Positions 28,202-39,099 are shown, counted from the stretch's first letter. The stretch: 64,000 nt of DNA from Desulfosudaceae bacterium (GCA_963674745.2 CAXXDV010000003.1:128001-192000), one strand, 5' to 3'. The notes: generated by a model not told the origin, from the letters alone. Made by a program: numbers and translations.

Positions 28202-29563
28202 ATGGTTAAAAAAGTTGATATTCTGGCCATGGGTATAAATCCCGGGGAAACAAAACAACTGGCCGATGAGTTGAGCCGCATCGATGATGTGACAATTGAA
28301 TGCAGGGTCTATGATCTGTTTAAACCCTTTGAAATGATTCGGGCCCGGCTGAGGATTGAAACCGCCCGGGCGGATATCGTTATATTTTACTGGGACATTA
28401 ATGCCCGGCCGGCCCGGCTGATCATGGACCTGGTATTCCCCCTGTACGGACACCTGGGGTTGCAATACGATATGCTGTCAAGGGTTCGCGTTCCCCTGAT
28501 TGTATTGCCGCACCACTCGACCGGCTATTTCCTTCATGCTGATATCGTGGCTTTTTGCCGGCTGTCGCAAAAAAACGCCTGCCTGGCTGAGTCGAGGGAT
28601 GATCTTAAAGAGCACGTTCGTCTTCTTTGCCACCCGCCGGTATGGGGCGGGAAAAAAATCTGCATCTTCGGCAAACCGTTCAAGTCATCCACTATCCGGC
28701 CGTTTCGATTAACGGCAGATTTTGTTCGCCGCCGGACCGGTGTGGAGGTGCAGTATCGGCCACTAAAATCACTTGCTACGGGAATGGCCGATGTCGATGA
28801 ACAACGTGCCAGGATTGAAGCCGATAGGTGGAAAAATGAGGCGCAAGCCATCAACGGTGCGACTGACGGGGATATATTGACATCATCCAAAATGTATCTT
28901 TATCTGGAAGATCTGGTCGCTGCTGAAGGCTTTCATGGCATATCGATCAACTGTATCAGTAAATCGTTCCCGGAACACCCGGAAATGCCGTTTCCCTGCC
29001 TGGCTTTTTCAAGATTCCGGGACAGGGGTATCGCCGCTGTTTGTGAGGCTGATGTTTGCGCCCTGTTGTCGGCTATTTTGATGGAGTGCGTTGCCGGTAA
29101 GCCCTCCTATATGGGGAATGTGGTCTTTGTAGACCGGCAAACCGGCCGGGTGACGTTAACGCATTGCGTGACCGGGCTGAAGGTGGCGGGTTATGAGATG
29201 CCGGACATGGATTATTCCCTTCAGGATTATCATGACACAGGGCATGGGGCGGTACCGGCGGTAACCTTTCCTGTCAACCGGCCGGTAACGCTGGGGCTTC
29301 TCGCTAAAGACCTGCAGCATTTTGTCCTCTGGCCGGGAACGATCGTCGAAACCGGGAAGGACTTCTGCGCCAATATGGTCCGCGTACAGATACCGGATCC
29401 CGACGGTTTCAAGCAGGCCATCGTCGGCTGTCATTATATCATGGTATACGGGAACGTTGTCCGGGAGATACATGACGTGTTGATGAAATTGAATATCACG
29501 CCCATCGGGCCGGTGCAGAATCCGGTTGGTCGGCAGGAGGCGGACGATGTCGCTCAGGCCTAA
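28202..29563 (+). CDS. L-fucose/L-arabinose isomerase-like protein
   Basis: GISINC..PCLAFS..CEADV, THC, HYIMVYGN pattern. Confidence 0.65.
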   Translation: MVKKVDILAMGINPGETKQLADELSRIDDVTIECRVYDLFKPFEMIRARLRIETARADIVIFYWDINARPARLIMDLVFPLYGHLGLQYDMLSRVRVPLIVLPHHSTGYFLHADIVAFCRLSQKNACLAESRDDLKEHVRLLCHPPVWGGKKICIFGKPFKSSTIRPFRLTADFVRRRTGVEVQYRPLKSLATGMADVDEQRARIEADRWKNEAQAINGATDGDILTSSKMYLYLEDLVAAEGFHGISINCISKSFPEHPEMPFPCLAFSRFRDRGIAAVCEADVCALLSAILMECVAGKPSYMGNVVFVDRQTGRVTLTHCVTGLKVAGYEMPDMDYSLQDYHDTGHGAVPAVTFPVNRPVTLGLLAKDLQHFVLWPGTIVETGKDFCANMVRVQIPDPDGFKQAIVGCHYIMVYGNVVREIHDVLMKLNITPIGPVQNPVGRQEADDVAQA

Positions 29564-30533
29564 GATATTATTGATTTTGTGCGGTCTGGTGTTGATTTTT
29601 CAGACAGGTTGTTTCCGTCAATCAACTTTTGATCTCATCCCCGGGACCACCACCACGACTAAAATCCGGAAAGAACCATTGATGGATATGCCTTTTGTAT
29701 GGGTGCCGGGCGGGTGTTATCAGATGGGACAGACCCGGGCGGAAAAAGCGGAACTGATTGCTGCCCTGGGTGAGGCGCAGTATCGGCAATGGTTTTCCAA
29801 AGAGCTGCCCCGTCATCGGGTCTGTGTAGATGGTTTCTGGATGGGGCAGTACGAGGTGACCGTTGCCCAATTCCGGCAATTTGTGAGTACAACCGGTTAT
29901 CAGCCGACGGCAGCAAAGCGTGACTGGTCATGGTGTATGACCGACAGATTTGAAAGAAAGACGGGTGTTTATCATCAACAACCCGGTTTCGAACAGGACG
30001 AGCGGTTTCCGGTCGTCCATGTCTCCTGGTTTGACGCACAGGCCATGGCGGCCTGGCTGACCGAAAACAGCACCATGACGTTTCGTCTGCCCACAGAAGC
30101 GGAGTGGGAGTGGGCCTGTCGCAGCGATACTGATACCATCCGTTTCTGGGGGAACGATTTAAAATCCGCCTGTGATTACGCCAATGGGCATGATATCACC
30201 ACCAATAGCGACCGGGAATTTTTCTGGCCGCATCATGATTGCCGGGACGGATATGCCCTGACTGCGCCGGTAGGCAGTTTTAAGCCCAATGCCTTTGGGC
30301 TTTACGATATGCTGGGTAATGTCTCGGAATGGTGCCGGGATGTTTTCAGCGAAACGGCTTACGGTCAGCATGAAACGAACAATCCATTGTACAGCCGGGA
30401 AGGTGGTATGCGGGTCGTCCGGGGCGGTGGTTGGTACAGTGCACCTGCGGACATGCGCTGCGCGGTCCGCCGCGGCAATTGCCCCATGAACACCGACGAT
30501 GCGCTGGGGTTCCGGCTGATCATCGAGGAATGA
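29547..30533 (+). CDS. formylglycine-generating-enzyme (FGE-sulfatase) domain lipoprotein
   Basis: RBS CAGGAGG; lipobox QTGC; EVTVAQF, RLPTEAEWE, PNAFGLYDMLGNVSEW, RGGGW, GFR. Confidence 0.9.
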   Translation: MSLRPKILLILCGLVLIFQTGCFRQSTFDLIPGTTTTTKIRKEPLMDMPFVWVPGGCYQMGQTRAEKAELIAALGEAQYRQWFSKELPRHRVCVDGFWMGQYEVTVAQFRQFVSTTGYQPTAAKRDWSWCMTDRFERKTGVYHQQPGFEQDERFPVVHVSWFDAQAMAAWLTENSTMTFRLPTEAEWEWACRSDTDTIRFWGNDLKSACDYANGHDITTNSDREFFWPHHDCRDGYALTAPVGSFKPNAFGLYDMLGNVSEWCRDVFSETAYGQHETNNPLYSREGGMRVVRGGGWYSAPADMRCAVRRGNCPMNTDDALGFRLIIEE

Positions 30534-30603
30534 AAAGACGGGGCACCGCGGGAGAATGGCTTTGGGGCAGGTCGCTCAAGGGAGCTGAAAACAGCGGCAA
30601 TGG

Positions 30604-30783
30604 CTATTTTTCGTTGTTTTCCAGTTTTTCCGTTTTGTCTTCTTCAACTTCAGAAGTGGCCTTTTTGAAATTCTGAATCCCTTTGCCGATGCCCGAACCG
30701 ATCTCCGGCAGTTTGCGGGCGCCAAAAAGCACCACGATGATGATCAGAATAATTAACAGTTCCGGAAAGCCGAGTCCAAACAT
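30604..30783 (-). CDS. tatA: twin-arginine translocase subunit TatA
   Basis: [50 protein letters not shown]. Confidence 0.95.
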   Translation of the reverse strand: MFGLGFPELLIILIIIVVLFGARKLPEIGSGIGKGIQNFKKATSEVEEDKTEKLENNEK

Positions 30784-30914
30784 TGGGGTCCTCCTGTCCG
30801 GCCTTGAGCCGGACCATATATGTGGTCTTGTCGGGCGGGATGACTTATGCCCGAATATTTCATCACCCCTTACCATCATCCATTTACGAAAGTCAATACC
30901 TGATGGTAACGTAT

Positions 30915-31997
30915 CTATAACCTTGGTGGTGGAACAAAGACCTCCCGCTGTCCGGTCCTTTCCAGGTGCAGTGCTTCGCTGGAACAATGATAGGCGCAAA
31001 GACCGCATCCGATACATCTGGTTTCGTCAATCCGCGCGATGTCGTTCGCCATTTCGATCGCTTCCATGGGGCAGATATCCACACACACTTCACAGCCACT
31101 GCAGGTGTCGTCGTCAATCCTGGCGATATAAGCGGTATATGTCACGGTCGGAGAACTGCCGCGATAATAGGATTGAAACGTTTCACAACAGCATTTGCAG
31201 CAGTTGCAGACGGCCATTTCGTCTTTTTCGGTATCGTATTTTTCGTGAAACGCCTTGTGAACCAGTCCGTCTTTTTCAGCCTTTTCCAGGATCTGTTTGG
31301 CCTGGTCTTTGGAAATCGGCTCCGCGAATTTGTGGTCAATATAGAATTGGGCTGATTTGCCGAACAGCAGGCAATTCTTCCTGTCATCGGTCACTTTGCA
31401 GGATCTGTCCAGCAGGTCTTTCTGATGGCGGCAATAACAATAGGCAACCGCTATAGTATCAAAACGGTCGACCAGTTTTTTTACGTCCTCGCAGGGCATA
31501 ACCGTGTCGAATTTTTGATCGACCTGTTTCTCTACGGGTACGATCCGGGTCATGGCGGGAATGTTTTTAAATGCCGGGACAATGGTGTCATAGTTTTCCT
31601 GGACCAGGCCGGACAGTTCTTCAAAAAGGTCCTCAAATAATTGTGCCAGTTTTTTCTGCTTTTCACCCCGTTCCCCGCGCATCATGGTGGACTCGAATAT
31701 TCCCGGAAGGGGAGGCAGTAAGCGGTAGACCATGATGCCGGTACTTTTGCCGGGCATGCCGAAAACGACGCCGTTGTCCATCAGGTCGTTAAGCATACGA
31801 TCCAGTTCGGGCTCATCAAGTCCTGACCTTTCCTTGATCTCATCCCTGTTCAAGGGCCGGTCAAACAACTGGATAAATCCTGCCTGATCGACAGTGATAA
31901 GGTGTTTTAATATGTCGATTACACTGTCGGTCGGAAAGGGAATTCCCCCTGCTGAAATAAGGGCTGATGCCGCCGCCCGGTATTGTTGATCATTCAT
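30915..31997 (-). CDS. 4Fe-4S dicluster protein with N-terminal HTH-like domain
   Basis: [35 protein letters not shown]. Confidence 0.88.
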   Translation of the reverse strand: MNDQQYRAAASALISAGGIPFPTDSVIDILKHLITVDQAGFIQLFDRPLNRDEIKERSGLDEPELDRMLNDLMDNGVVFGMPGKSTGIMVYRLLPPLPGIFESTMMRGERGEKQKKLAQLFEDLFEELSGLVQENYDTIVPAFKNIPAMTRIVPVEKQVDQKFDTVMPCEDVKKLVDRFDTIAVAYCYCRHQKDLLDRSCKVTDDRKNCLLFGKSAQFYIDHKFAEPISKDQAKQILEKAEKDGLVHKAFHEKYDTEKDEMAVCNCCKCCCETFQSYYRGSSPTVTYTAYIARIDDDTCSGCEVCVDICPMEAIEMANDIARIDETRCIGCGLCAYHCSSEALHLERTGQREVFVPPPRL

Positions 31998-32091
31998 TGT
32001 AGATCCCTCCGGTAATTATTTTAAGTTAAAAAATACACTTGATATCGACTTTCTCAAGTGCGTCCAATGGTTTCATGGTGTCTTCCTTTTG

Positions 32092-32700
32092 TCAGGCATT
32101 CGTGCCCAGGGCGTTCCATGCGGTCTGGGCCAGTGCTTCCGCAGCGTCATTTAAATCTGTCACGGTGTTTCCGGAAATAAACATCCTGGAAAACTCCTGG
32201 CAGGGGCCCAGCAGAAGCGCGATAATGACGTCCCGGGGAAGGGGCCGGATGCTTCCGGATTGAATATGCCCCTTGAACCAGGCGGACATATTTGCCGCAA
32301 AGGCCGCGTTCAACCGCTTCATCTCGTTCTCGGAGTCATCCATGTATTCGGCATGGCGTTTCTGGAACAGAAACCGGGCCCAATCCGGGTTTGCTTTCAC
32401 CCAGGACAGGTGAAAACGGATGATGGCGTAAATCCCGTTCCGGGCGTCCTTTTGTTTTGACAGTGATGCAATCATTCCGGTTTGATAATCGCGGATGCCC
32501 TCCAGGTAAATCGCGGCGGCCAGCCGGCCTTTGCTTTTATAATGGTGATATACGCTGCCGGTGCTGGCTCCGGCCTTTTGACAGATATCCGCGATACTGG
32601 TTTCGGTAAACCCTTTTTCCGTAAAACAGGCCAGGGCCGAGGTGATTATCTGTCGTTTACGGATGGTTGAGTGGGCATGGGTGGCGTTTAATGTTTTCAT
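32092..32700 (-). CDS. TetR-family regulator
   Basis: FTEKGFTETSIADICQKAGASTGSVYHHYKSK. Confidence 0.92.
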   Translation of the reverse strand: MKTLNATHAHSTIRKRQIITSALACFTEKGFTETSIADICQKAGASTGSVYHHYKSKGRLAAAIYLEGIRDYQTGMIASLSKQKDARNGIYAIIRFHLSWVKANPDWARFLFQKRHAEYMDDSENEMKRLNAAFAANMSAWFKGHIQSGSIRPLPRDVIIALLLGPCQEFSRMFISGNTVTDLNDAAEALAQTAWNALGTNA

Positions 32701-32703
32701 GAT

Positions 32704-32736
32704 TAGAATCATATTTTAGAATTTTATTCTAGTCAA
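32704..32736 (-). promoter_or_regulatory. tetR promoter with overlapping tandem operators
   Basis: TTGACT (32736-32731), 17 bp spacer, TATGAT (32713-32708); dyads TAGAAT-ttt-ATTCTA (32717-32731) and TAGAAT-cat-ATTTTA (32704-32718). Confidence 0.75.
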
Positions 32737-33027
32737 GTATTTTTTTGTTCAAAATTCGCTAAAATCCAGAACAAAACGCCGGCCCGGATCTTTCATGGAA
32801 CTTGCCTAAATCACCCCTAATCCTTTTCGCGCCTTATCCATTATGTTATAATTATTTTTAATTTTAACCAGCACCCTTAGCCCGATGTTTTATGAAATAT
32901 TCGGGCCAGCGTTTACCGCGCATAACACGCGGATTTCACCAAAAACGCTGAATCATTTTTCACCTCATTGTTAAAGGGGAATAATATGCCGTCAGGGGGT
33001 ATTTTCGGAAAATTGCGAATTATCAAT

Positions 33028-34503
33028 ATGTTCAGGCGCGGCGTGTTAAGAATAATTTTGATGCTGATACTACTTATGGTACCGGCCGCTCAACTTCAGG
33101 CCTATGATTTTGCGGATGCGGTTCGCGACCTGGAGCCCGAAAATAAGGGATCAAAAATCGCCATATCGTTCATGGATTTTCTTCAACGGTTTGTCACGCT
33201 GGTCGATAAAGAAGAGAACGCGCGGCCTCTGTTTTATCTGGTCCGCGAGGCAATTATGGACTTTGACCTGGCCCAGCTTTATCAGAGCGACTATTTTTTA
33301 CCATGGGGCAACGGGTATTACGGGATTTCGTTTGAAGGGGATCTTGTATCGGACAGTGTTGACCTTCGCCTGATCACCCATGAAGTGTATGAAGAAACCT
33401 GCACCGACGGTACAGATTTCGGCCGTTTCAGCGGCGAGTTCGCTATTCGTAAAAATCTCAAACCCCCGGTCGGCCGCTTGTCGGATACCATTATCGCACA
33501 TGGGAACTGGTTGTCCGGTGATATCAGCTGGGTTCATGCGACCCGGTTTCTGGATAACCTGATGCGTGTGCTTGATCCGGACAACCTGGATACATTGCGT
33601 TGCCAAAGCCGCGACGGGAATGAAACATCGTTTGATGTAATGGATGTGTTTTGTGAAAACTTTCCCCGGTTTGCTGTCCAAAGCAATATCCTCGAACTGT
33701 CCAGCGCCGCTGAAATTAAAACCGTAGACGGCTGTCGCTATACGGATTTTACCTTAAACGTCAGTTCGGATGCCGAGAGCATCGACAGGCAATATCCGCT
33801 GGTGGCCAAATATATGAAGAAGATGAACAAACACGGGCACCTGGATATCATTTTAAAAGATATGCAGGGGCGTACGCTGTTGAAACTTTACCTGGGCGCG
33901 CAAAATGAATTTTTTCGGCTCAGGGTCTGCACAAAAGACGGTAAAGTCCTTCCGGTGGATACCGTGTCCGGTAAGCCTGTGTCGGCTGATGCCTTTGCCA
34001 TAGAGGCACTTGAAAATTATGTGTGGGAGCCCCATGTGGCCATGAAAGGAAAGGCCTGGGGGTTGAAAATCAGTATCGACAACCAGGTCGTCAGCGGCGA
34101 ATATGAAGCAGGCGGTAAATGCATGCGCCTGAAACATAAAATGAGCAACAAGCCCGATGTCGACATATCCGGGGGCGTGCTGGGGATAATCCCGGTTGCC
34201 ATGATTGATATGGTGATCCCGGGGTCGGTCAATGGCCTGGCGGATGAATTTTCCACGGTCATGATGCAGGCCAATCACGGGGAGGGGACGTTGTTTCAGG
34301 CGGAATGGAAAGTCCGGGAACCTTCGGCCAACCGCCTTCGCTGGCGGGCCCAGACGGAACTGCCGGACAATGACTTTATTCGCATCGGCATGAAGCTGTT
34401 CGCACGCATGTTTCTGATGGACGAGGAAACATACGACCAGTTTCGCAGGTTGATATCCTCGGGCATGGTCTCTCTTTTGCAGGACCTCGAAGAGATGCGC
34501 TGA
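33028..34503 (+). CDS. exported hypothetical protein
   Basis: Long ORF with signal peptide (MFRRGVLRIILMLILLMVPAAQLQA); start uncertain (32968, 32986 or 33028). Confidence 0.7.
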   Translation: MFRRGVLRIILMLILLMVPAAQLQAYDFADAVRDLEPENKGSKIAISFMDFLQRFVTLVDKEENARPLFYLVREAIMDFDLAQLYQSDYFLPWGNGYYGISFEGDLVSDSVDLRLITHEVYEETCTDGTDFGRFSGEFAIRKNLKPPVGRLSDTIIAHGNWLSGDISWVHATRFLDNLMRVLDPDNLDTLRCQSRDGNETSFDVMDVFCENFPRFAVQSNILELSSAAEIKTVDGCRYTDFTLNVSSDAESIDRQYPLVAKYMKKMNKHGHLDIILKDMQGRTLLKLYLGAQNEFFRLRVCTKDGKVLPVDTVSGKPVSADAFAIEALENYVWEPHVAMKGKAWGLKISIDNQVVSGEYEAGGKCMRLKHKMSNKPDVDISGGVLGIIPVAMIDMVIPGSVNGLADEFSTVMMQANHGEGTLFQAEWKVREPSANRLRWRAQTELPDNDFIRIGMKLFARMFLMDEETYDQFRRLISSGMVSLLQDLEEMR

Positions 34504-34584
34504 TATCGGTCCGGTTCCGGTTAGAAATGCTCAAACTCCCGATCGATATTGTCGTCCACCCGCTCTTCTATTTCTGTTTTTTCT

Positions 34585-36621
34585 TTATTCTTCCGTTTTT
34601 TCCGGCGATGAATGTTCCGGAAAAACAGAGGAGTATAAAATTGCCTGCCCCTGGCGGGGTAAAACCTTAAACCGGCAGACGTGGCCGGCGGGTATGGCCG
34701 GATCAAACCAGACGGCCTCATAGAGGCCCATGTGGCGTTTTTTCAGGTTTTTGCAAAACCGGACGGCCAGGTCATAACCGCTGTCATCAACCGCGCGTCC
34801 TTCGTTTTCCAGGGGCTGCCAGTCAATACCATCGGCACTGGTTTCTATCTGTACCAGGGGCCGGTGAAAGTCAATCCGGGCCGGGGCCACGTCCTGCCAT
34901 TTAAACCGCCAGCCCGCTTCTTCGTCCGGGTCGGCTTTCAAAGGCATGGGTTCGGATACCTGGCAGCGCTTGTCCTCGGGGGCGCAATCGGCCGGAAAAT
35001 ACTCTCTGGCCTTAAGGGAGAATTCCCATTGGTCCGGCAGGTTGTCCCCCGGTTCAGCGGTCAAGTCGGTTGCCAGCAAAGCCGCGTGCTTGGCAAGGAA
35101 CAGGGCCGTGTTCGGGCCGTACAAGGTATGCCCGCCTTCATAATGCTGTCGGGAATATTCTTCCGGCGTGGTGGCGTAGCCGAAATACCCGTTGGCGCAA
35201 CTGATGACCAGCGGTGTTTTAATGCTGTCATCGGTTTCCTGAATCATATCCCCTATTCGTTGGCCGGTCTGACATGTGATCTCAAACGGAAGCGGGCACA
35301 ACATCGTGTCGTTGATCCGGATGGCCTGAAAGAACAAGTGGTGGGGAAAATTCTGTTTGTGCAGTACGATGGGCTGGAAAAATCCCCCGATATGACGTTT
35401 GTGCCCCTGGCAGGAACCGGTAAAGATCCACCGGGATGTCAGGCATCCTTCTTTAAAAAATGGCATCCAGTTCAATATCGGCGTCTTGCCGTCTTCGGCG
35501 CCGGCGGTAAGGGCGTTGCCCACTACCGGTCGACTGCAAAGGGAGGTGTCGTCTATGGTCGGCTGCTGGTAAAGGTCCACTTCCCGGCAGGCGGCCATGA
35601 TGGATACATCATCGGTCAGGTCGTCCGCCAGGGCGTCGAAAAGACCGATGGCCTTTAGACCGATGGCCTGCCCCAGCCTGCGGGCCTCGGGGTAGCCCTG
35701 GCATCCGGGTTCGTAAGCCGGGGAATTGTCGCCGTGGGTGCCATTGACTGCGGCATGTACAAAAGGCCAGGGGGTGTTGTTTTTGCCCTGAACAAATTCC
35801 AGCTCCCTGGCGATATGGCCGAACACGTCTGCCGTATACAGCTCATTGGCATAGGGCACAACCGTGGGGTGGATGGAAAAACTGGTAAAAGCGCCGGCCG
35901 GCTTGAACCCGCCGTCGTCATCCAGAAGGTCGATCCGCATCATGAACATTTTCGGATTGACCGCTTCCCGCGGTGTCGCGTCGGCGTTCACGTCCGTATT
36001 GGCCGCAAAGGCCTCCATGCTCCGGTTGCGTGTCATGTCGTAAAGGATTGTCGAGCCCGTGGCCAACCGGGCCGGGCGCCGGGCGGCAAACGCTTGTTCG
36101 ACAGCGCCGGCGATGCGTGTGGCCAGAAACGTGTACAGATCCGGATCAAAACCTTTCTTTGAAGAAGCAAAGGTGTTGTAGAAATTGCTGCCGAAAAAAT
36201 TTCCCGGCGCTGAATGGGTGTGCGTCCCGGCCAGCATGAGCCCCCGGGCCGGTATATCGGTCTTGTCCGCGATCAGTTCGGCCACCCGGTGATGCAGCAG
36301 CCGGGAGCCGGACAACAGGTCGGTCTGCACCAGGGCGATGCTTTGTCCGTCCGGTGAGGAAAGATAAATCACCCGGGCATGAAGTCTGCCCCTGAATCCA
36401 CTGGCCCTGCTGGCCATGGCGGAATATCCGGCCATGGCGACACCCGGCGGCGGCGTGATATCGGTGTCGGCCACGCCGGCCATGAAAAGACCGGTTGAAA
36501 CCGGCGGCAGGGGTTGTCTGTTGTCGATCCGGAGCGTAAGCGTCTTCATGGAGCTGCAGCCGATTAAAAAGAAAGACAGTATGATACCGCACACACAGGC
36601 CGCGTTTTTTATTTTCGTCAT
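34585..36621 (-). CDS. neutral/alkaline ceramidase family lipoprotein
   Basis: Lipobox LIGC; DITPP, THTHSAPG, IHPT, GDNSP, NGYFGY..EY..QHYEGG. Confidence 0.88.
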   Translation of the reverse strand: MTKIKNAACVCGIILSFFLIGCSSMKTLTLRIDNRQPLPPVSTGLFMAGVADTDITPPPGVAMAGYSAMASRASGFRGRLHARVIYLSSPDGQSIALVQTDLLSGSRLLHHRVAELIADKTDIPARGLMLAGTHTHSAPGNFFGSNFYNTFASSKKGFDPDLYTFLATRIAGAVEQAFAARRPARLATGSTILYDMTRNRSMEAFAANTDVNADATPREAVNPKMFMMRIDLLDDDGGFKPAGAFTSFSIHPTVVPYANELYTADVFGHIARELEFVQGKNNTPWPFVHAAVNGTHGDNSPAYEPGCQGYPEARRLGQAIGLKAIGLFDALADDLTDDVSIMAACREVDLYQQPTIDDTSLCSRPVVGNALTAGAEDGKTPILNWMPFFKEGCLTSRWIFTGSCQGHKRHIGGFFQPIVLHKQNFPHHLFFQAIRINDTMLCPLPFEITCQTGQRIGDMIQETDDSIKTPLVISCANGYFGYATTPEEYSRQHYEGGHTLYGPNTALFLAKHAALLATDLTAEPGDNLPDQWEFSLKAREYFPADCAPEDKRCQVSEPMPLKADPDEEAGWRFKWQDVAPARIDFHRPLVQIETSADGIDWQPLENEGRAVDDSGYDLAVRFCKNLKKRHMGLYEAVWFDPAIPAGHVCRFKVLPRQGQAILYSSVFPEHSSPEKTEE

Positions 36622-36681
36622 TATATCTCCTTATCCGTTTTCTATAACAGGCCGTTAGGCCTTTGTTGCGCTTTTTTCTCC

Positions 36682-36731
36682 TTGACTTGAGCAACCGGGC
36701 CGAATAAAATATAGTTCGGTCGATTGACCAA
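36682..36731 (+). promoter_or_regulatory. sigma70 promoter with downstream dyad for the dehydratase pair
   Basis: TTGACT (36682), 17 bp spacer, TAAAAT (36705-36710); TCGGTCGATTGACCAA imperfect dyad just downstream. Confidence 0.6.
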
Positions 36732-36766
36732 TTTATGGTAGATGGTGTATCCCAGTCAAGAAAAAA

Positions 36767-37819
36767 ATGAAGAAAATGATGAAAACTATTGCCTATTTTG
36801 AAGCATCTCACGACATGCCCGAAGAAATTATTTCGGCGGCAGGGTTTGTCCCCTATAAGATTTTCGGGAATGTCCATGTGTCCAATGATCCGGCAGACCA
36901 GTACCTTCAGCCCTTTTTCTGCCCGGCGGCAAGAAGCGCAATGACGGAAGCCCTGGATTTATCCGGTCAATGGGAGGGAATTGTTATCGCCCAGGGCTGC
37001 AATGCCACCAACCGGCATCATGACGTGTGGAAGCGTCATGTAAAGACGCCTTTTCTGCACTGGTTCAATACGCCCCTAAAAGATGATGACCCGGCTGTCC
37101 GGTTCATGAAAATCGAATTGTGGCGTTTGATTGATGCCATTAACCGCCATTTCGGCGTCGTCGTTACCGATGAAATGGTGGCCCGGGCCAACCGCGAATC
37201 CAATGCCATCAAGAGGCAGCTCCAGGTCCTTTCCGGATTAAGGGCGGAAAAAGACATCACCAACCGGGAGTACCTGGAGATCCTGATCAAAAGCATGACA
37301 CTACCCAGGCCGGAGGCTCTGGCGGAAATCGAAACCGCTGTCGATGTCATGAAAAATCGGGGGCCGTTTCCAAAAGACAAAAAAAAGATATTGTTGACCG
37401 GTTCTGACGTGACTTATCCCGAGTTGATGGATCAGATTGACGAGGCGGGATTAAGGGTGGTTCGGGACGACTTGTCCGTTGGCGAGCGGTATTTTGCAAC
37501 CCTGATACCTGAAACGGGCGATCCCATTGAAGCCCTGGCCCGTTATTATCTTTTCATACCCCGACCGGCCACCAAACTGGGGCTGCGCGGCCGCATCAAC
37601 TACCTGGAAACAGCGATTGAATCATCCGGAGTCAAGGCCGTTATTTCCCAGAACCTCAAGTTTTGCGAGCCCTTTGCCTATGATGCCATCCTGGTCAATG
37701 AGGCGCTCAAGGCCAGGGGGTGCAGCGTCCTGCAGGTGGAACGGGAATACTCACCCCTTCCGGACACCCAGTTGATCAACCGGTTGTCCGCATTTGCTGA
37801 AATGGTGGAATCCTCATGA
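36767..37819 (+). CDS. 2-hydroxyacyl-CoA dehydratase/benzoyl-CoA reductase family subunit (HgdB/BcrC-like)
   Basis: PEEIISAAG, FCPAARS, QGCN, KFCEP, RLSAFAEM. Confidence 0.88.
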   Translation: MKKMMKTIAYFEASHDMPEEIISAAGFVPYKIFGNVHVSNDPADQYLQPFFCPAARSAMTEALDLSGQWEGIVIAQGCNATNRHHDVWKRHVKTPFLHWFNTPLKDDDPAVRFMKIELWRLIDAINRHFGVVVTDEMVARANRESNAIKRQLQVLSGLRAEKDITNREYLEILIKSMTLPRPEALAEIETAVDVMKNRGPFPKDKKKILLTGSDVTYPELMDQIDEAGLRVVRDDLSVGERYFATLIPETGDPIEALARYYLFIPRPATKLGLRGRINYLETAIESSGVKAVISQNLKFCEPFAYDAILVNEALKARGCSVLQVEREYSPLPDTQLINRLSAFAEMVESS

Positions 37820-39099
37820 ACAAATACAACACGCCGTCTGCTACCGAACAAACCGATACTGCCCGGGTGGATGTTCTGCCCCATGCCAAAGACCTCCGGT
37901 GGCCCATGACCTGGTATTTTTTAACGGGCAAGCTTTATTCGCTGCTGCCCTGGAAAAAAACCGCCTGGACCTGCGCCGGGTTTCCGGTGGAGTTGCTGCT
38001 GGGACTTGACATATTCCCGCTGCATCCGGAAAACATGGCCACCGTGGCCGCGGCCCAGAAACAGTCCCAGCGGTTGATCGAACACGCCGAAGGTATGGGG
38101 TATTCCCGGGATCTTTGCTCTTATTGCAAGACGAATATCGGGGCGGTGGATTTGGGGGTCGGGCTGAAAGAAGGGGGGATCGCCCGGCCGGATATCATCA
38201 CCTGTACCAACACCATTTGTGATACCCATTGGAAGTGGTTCCAGATTCAGGCCGAAAAACTGGATGTGCCCATATTTGCCTTTGACTGTCCCAAGATTGT
38301 CAGCGGCACGGACGAGCGAACCATCGATGGGTATGTGAATTACATGGTGGATCAGTTTTATGCCTTTTTCGAATTTGCTAAAAAACATACCGGAAAGGAA
38401 CCAAACATCGGTAAAATGGTTAAGGCCGCTGAACAATCAGAACAGATGAGCGCCCTGTGGCGTGAGATTTTTGAATACCGAAAGTGTGTACCCGCGCCAT
38501 ACAGTATGGCCGAGACTTCGGCCTCTTTTTTCCCGCTGGTGGTCATGCCCGGCGCTAAATCCGGTATAAAATTTTTCAAGAAAATCCTGGCGGATATCAA
38601 AACAAGAACCGAGCGGGGGCAGGGTACCCTGACCGGTGGCGAAGAGCGGTACCGATTGATGTTTGAAGGCATCCCGTTCTGGTACCGGATGCGGTTCATG
38701 TATGACCTGGCCCGGTACGGCGCGGTGGTCGCCTATGAACCATACACATTTGCGTTTGCCCCGAAAAAACCCGTCGACCTGAGTTATGCCGAGACGCTGC
38801 GGCATGTGGCCCGGATGATGATGGATACGCCCTATTCATACAACCTGGAAAAGCGGATCGAATATTTCAAGCAGGTCATTGAAGAATACCGCATTGACGG
38901 CGTCATCCTGCATGAAAATCTGTCGTGCCGTCCGTCGAGTACCGGCATGATCGACCTGAAAAACGCGCTTCAACAGCAATGCGGGATACCGGTTTTGATT
39001 ATTAACTGCGATATGAACGATCCCCGGGCGTTTTCCGAAGCCCAGATGAAAACCAGGGTTGAAAGTTTTCTGGAACTGATGGAGAACCGCAAGAATTAA
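37816..39099 (+). CDS. 2-hydroxyacyl-CoA dehydratase/benzoyl-CoA reductase family subunit (HgdA/BcrB-like)
   Basis: PENM, GYSRDLCSY, NTICDT, SCRP, DMNDPR..QMKTRVESF; ATGA overlap with partner gene. Confidence 0.9.
   Translation: MNKYNTPSATEQTDTARVDVLPHAKDLRWPMTWYFLTGKLYSLLPWKKTAWTCAGFPVELLLGLDIFPLHPENMATVAAAQKQSQRLIEHAEGMGYSRDLCSYCKTNIGAVDLGVGLKEGGIARPDIITCTNTICDTHWKWFQIQAEKLDVPIFAFDCPKIVSGTDERTIDGYVNYMVDQFYAFFEFAKKHTGKEPNIGKMVKAAEQSEQMSALWREIFEYRKCVPAPYSMAETSASFFPLVVMPGAKSGIKFFKKILADIKTRTERGQGTLTGGEERYRLMFEGIPFWYRMRFMYDLARYGAVVAYEPYTFAFAPKKPVDLSYAETLRHVARMMMDTPYSYNLEKRIEYFKQVIEEYRIDGVILHENLSCRPSSTGMIDLKNALQQQCGIPVLIINCDMNDPRAFSEAQMKTRVESFLELMENRKN

Noticed and set aside
29547..30533. FGE-domain gene as a diversity-generating retroelement target (with the four-helix remnant as avd)
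   Set aside because: No reverse transcriptase and no template repeat of its 3' end was seen in the window
30784..31017. N-terminally extended 137-aa TatA from the ORF track
   Set aside because: The extension overlaps the upstream gene; a clear RBS precedes ATG 30783
36767..39099. Complete class I benzoyl-CoA reductase
   Set aside because: ATPase subunits and ring-cleavage genes (dch, had, oah) are absent from the window
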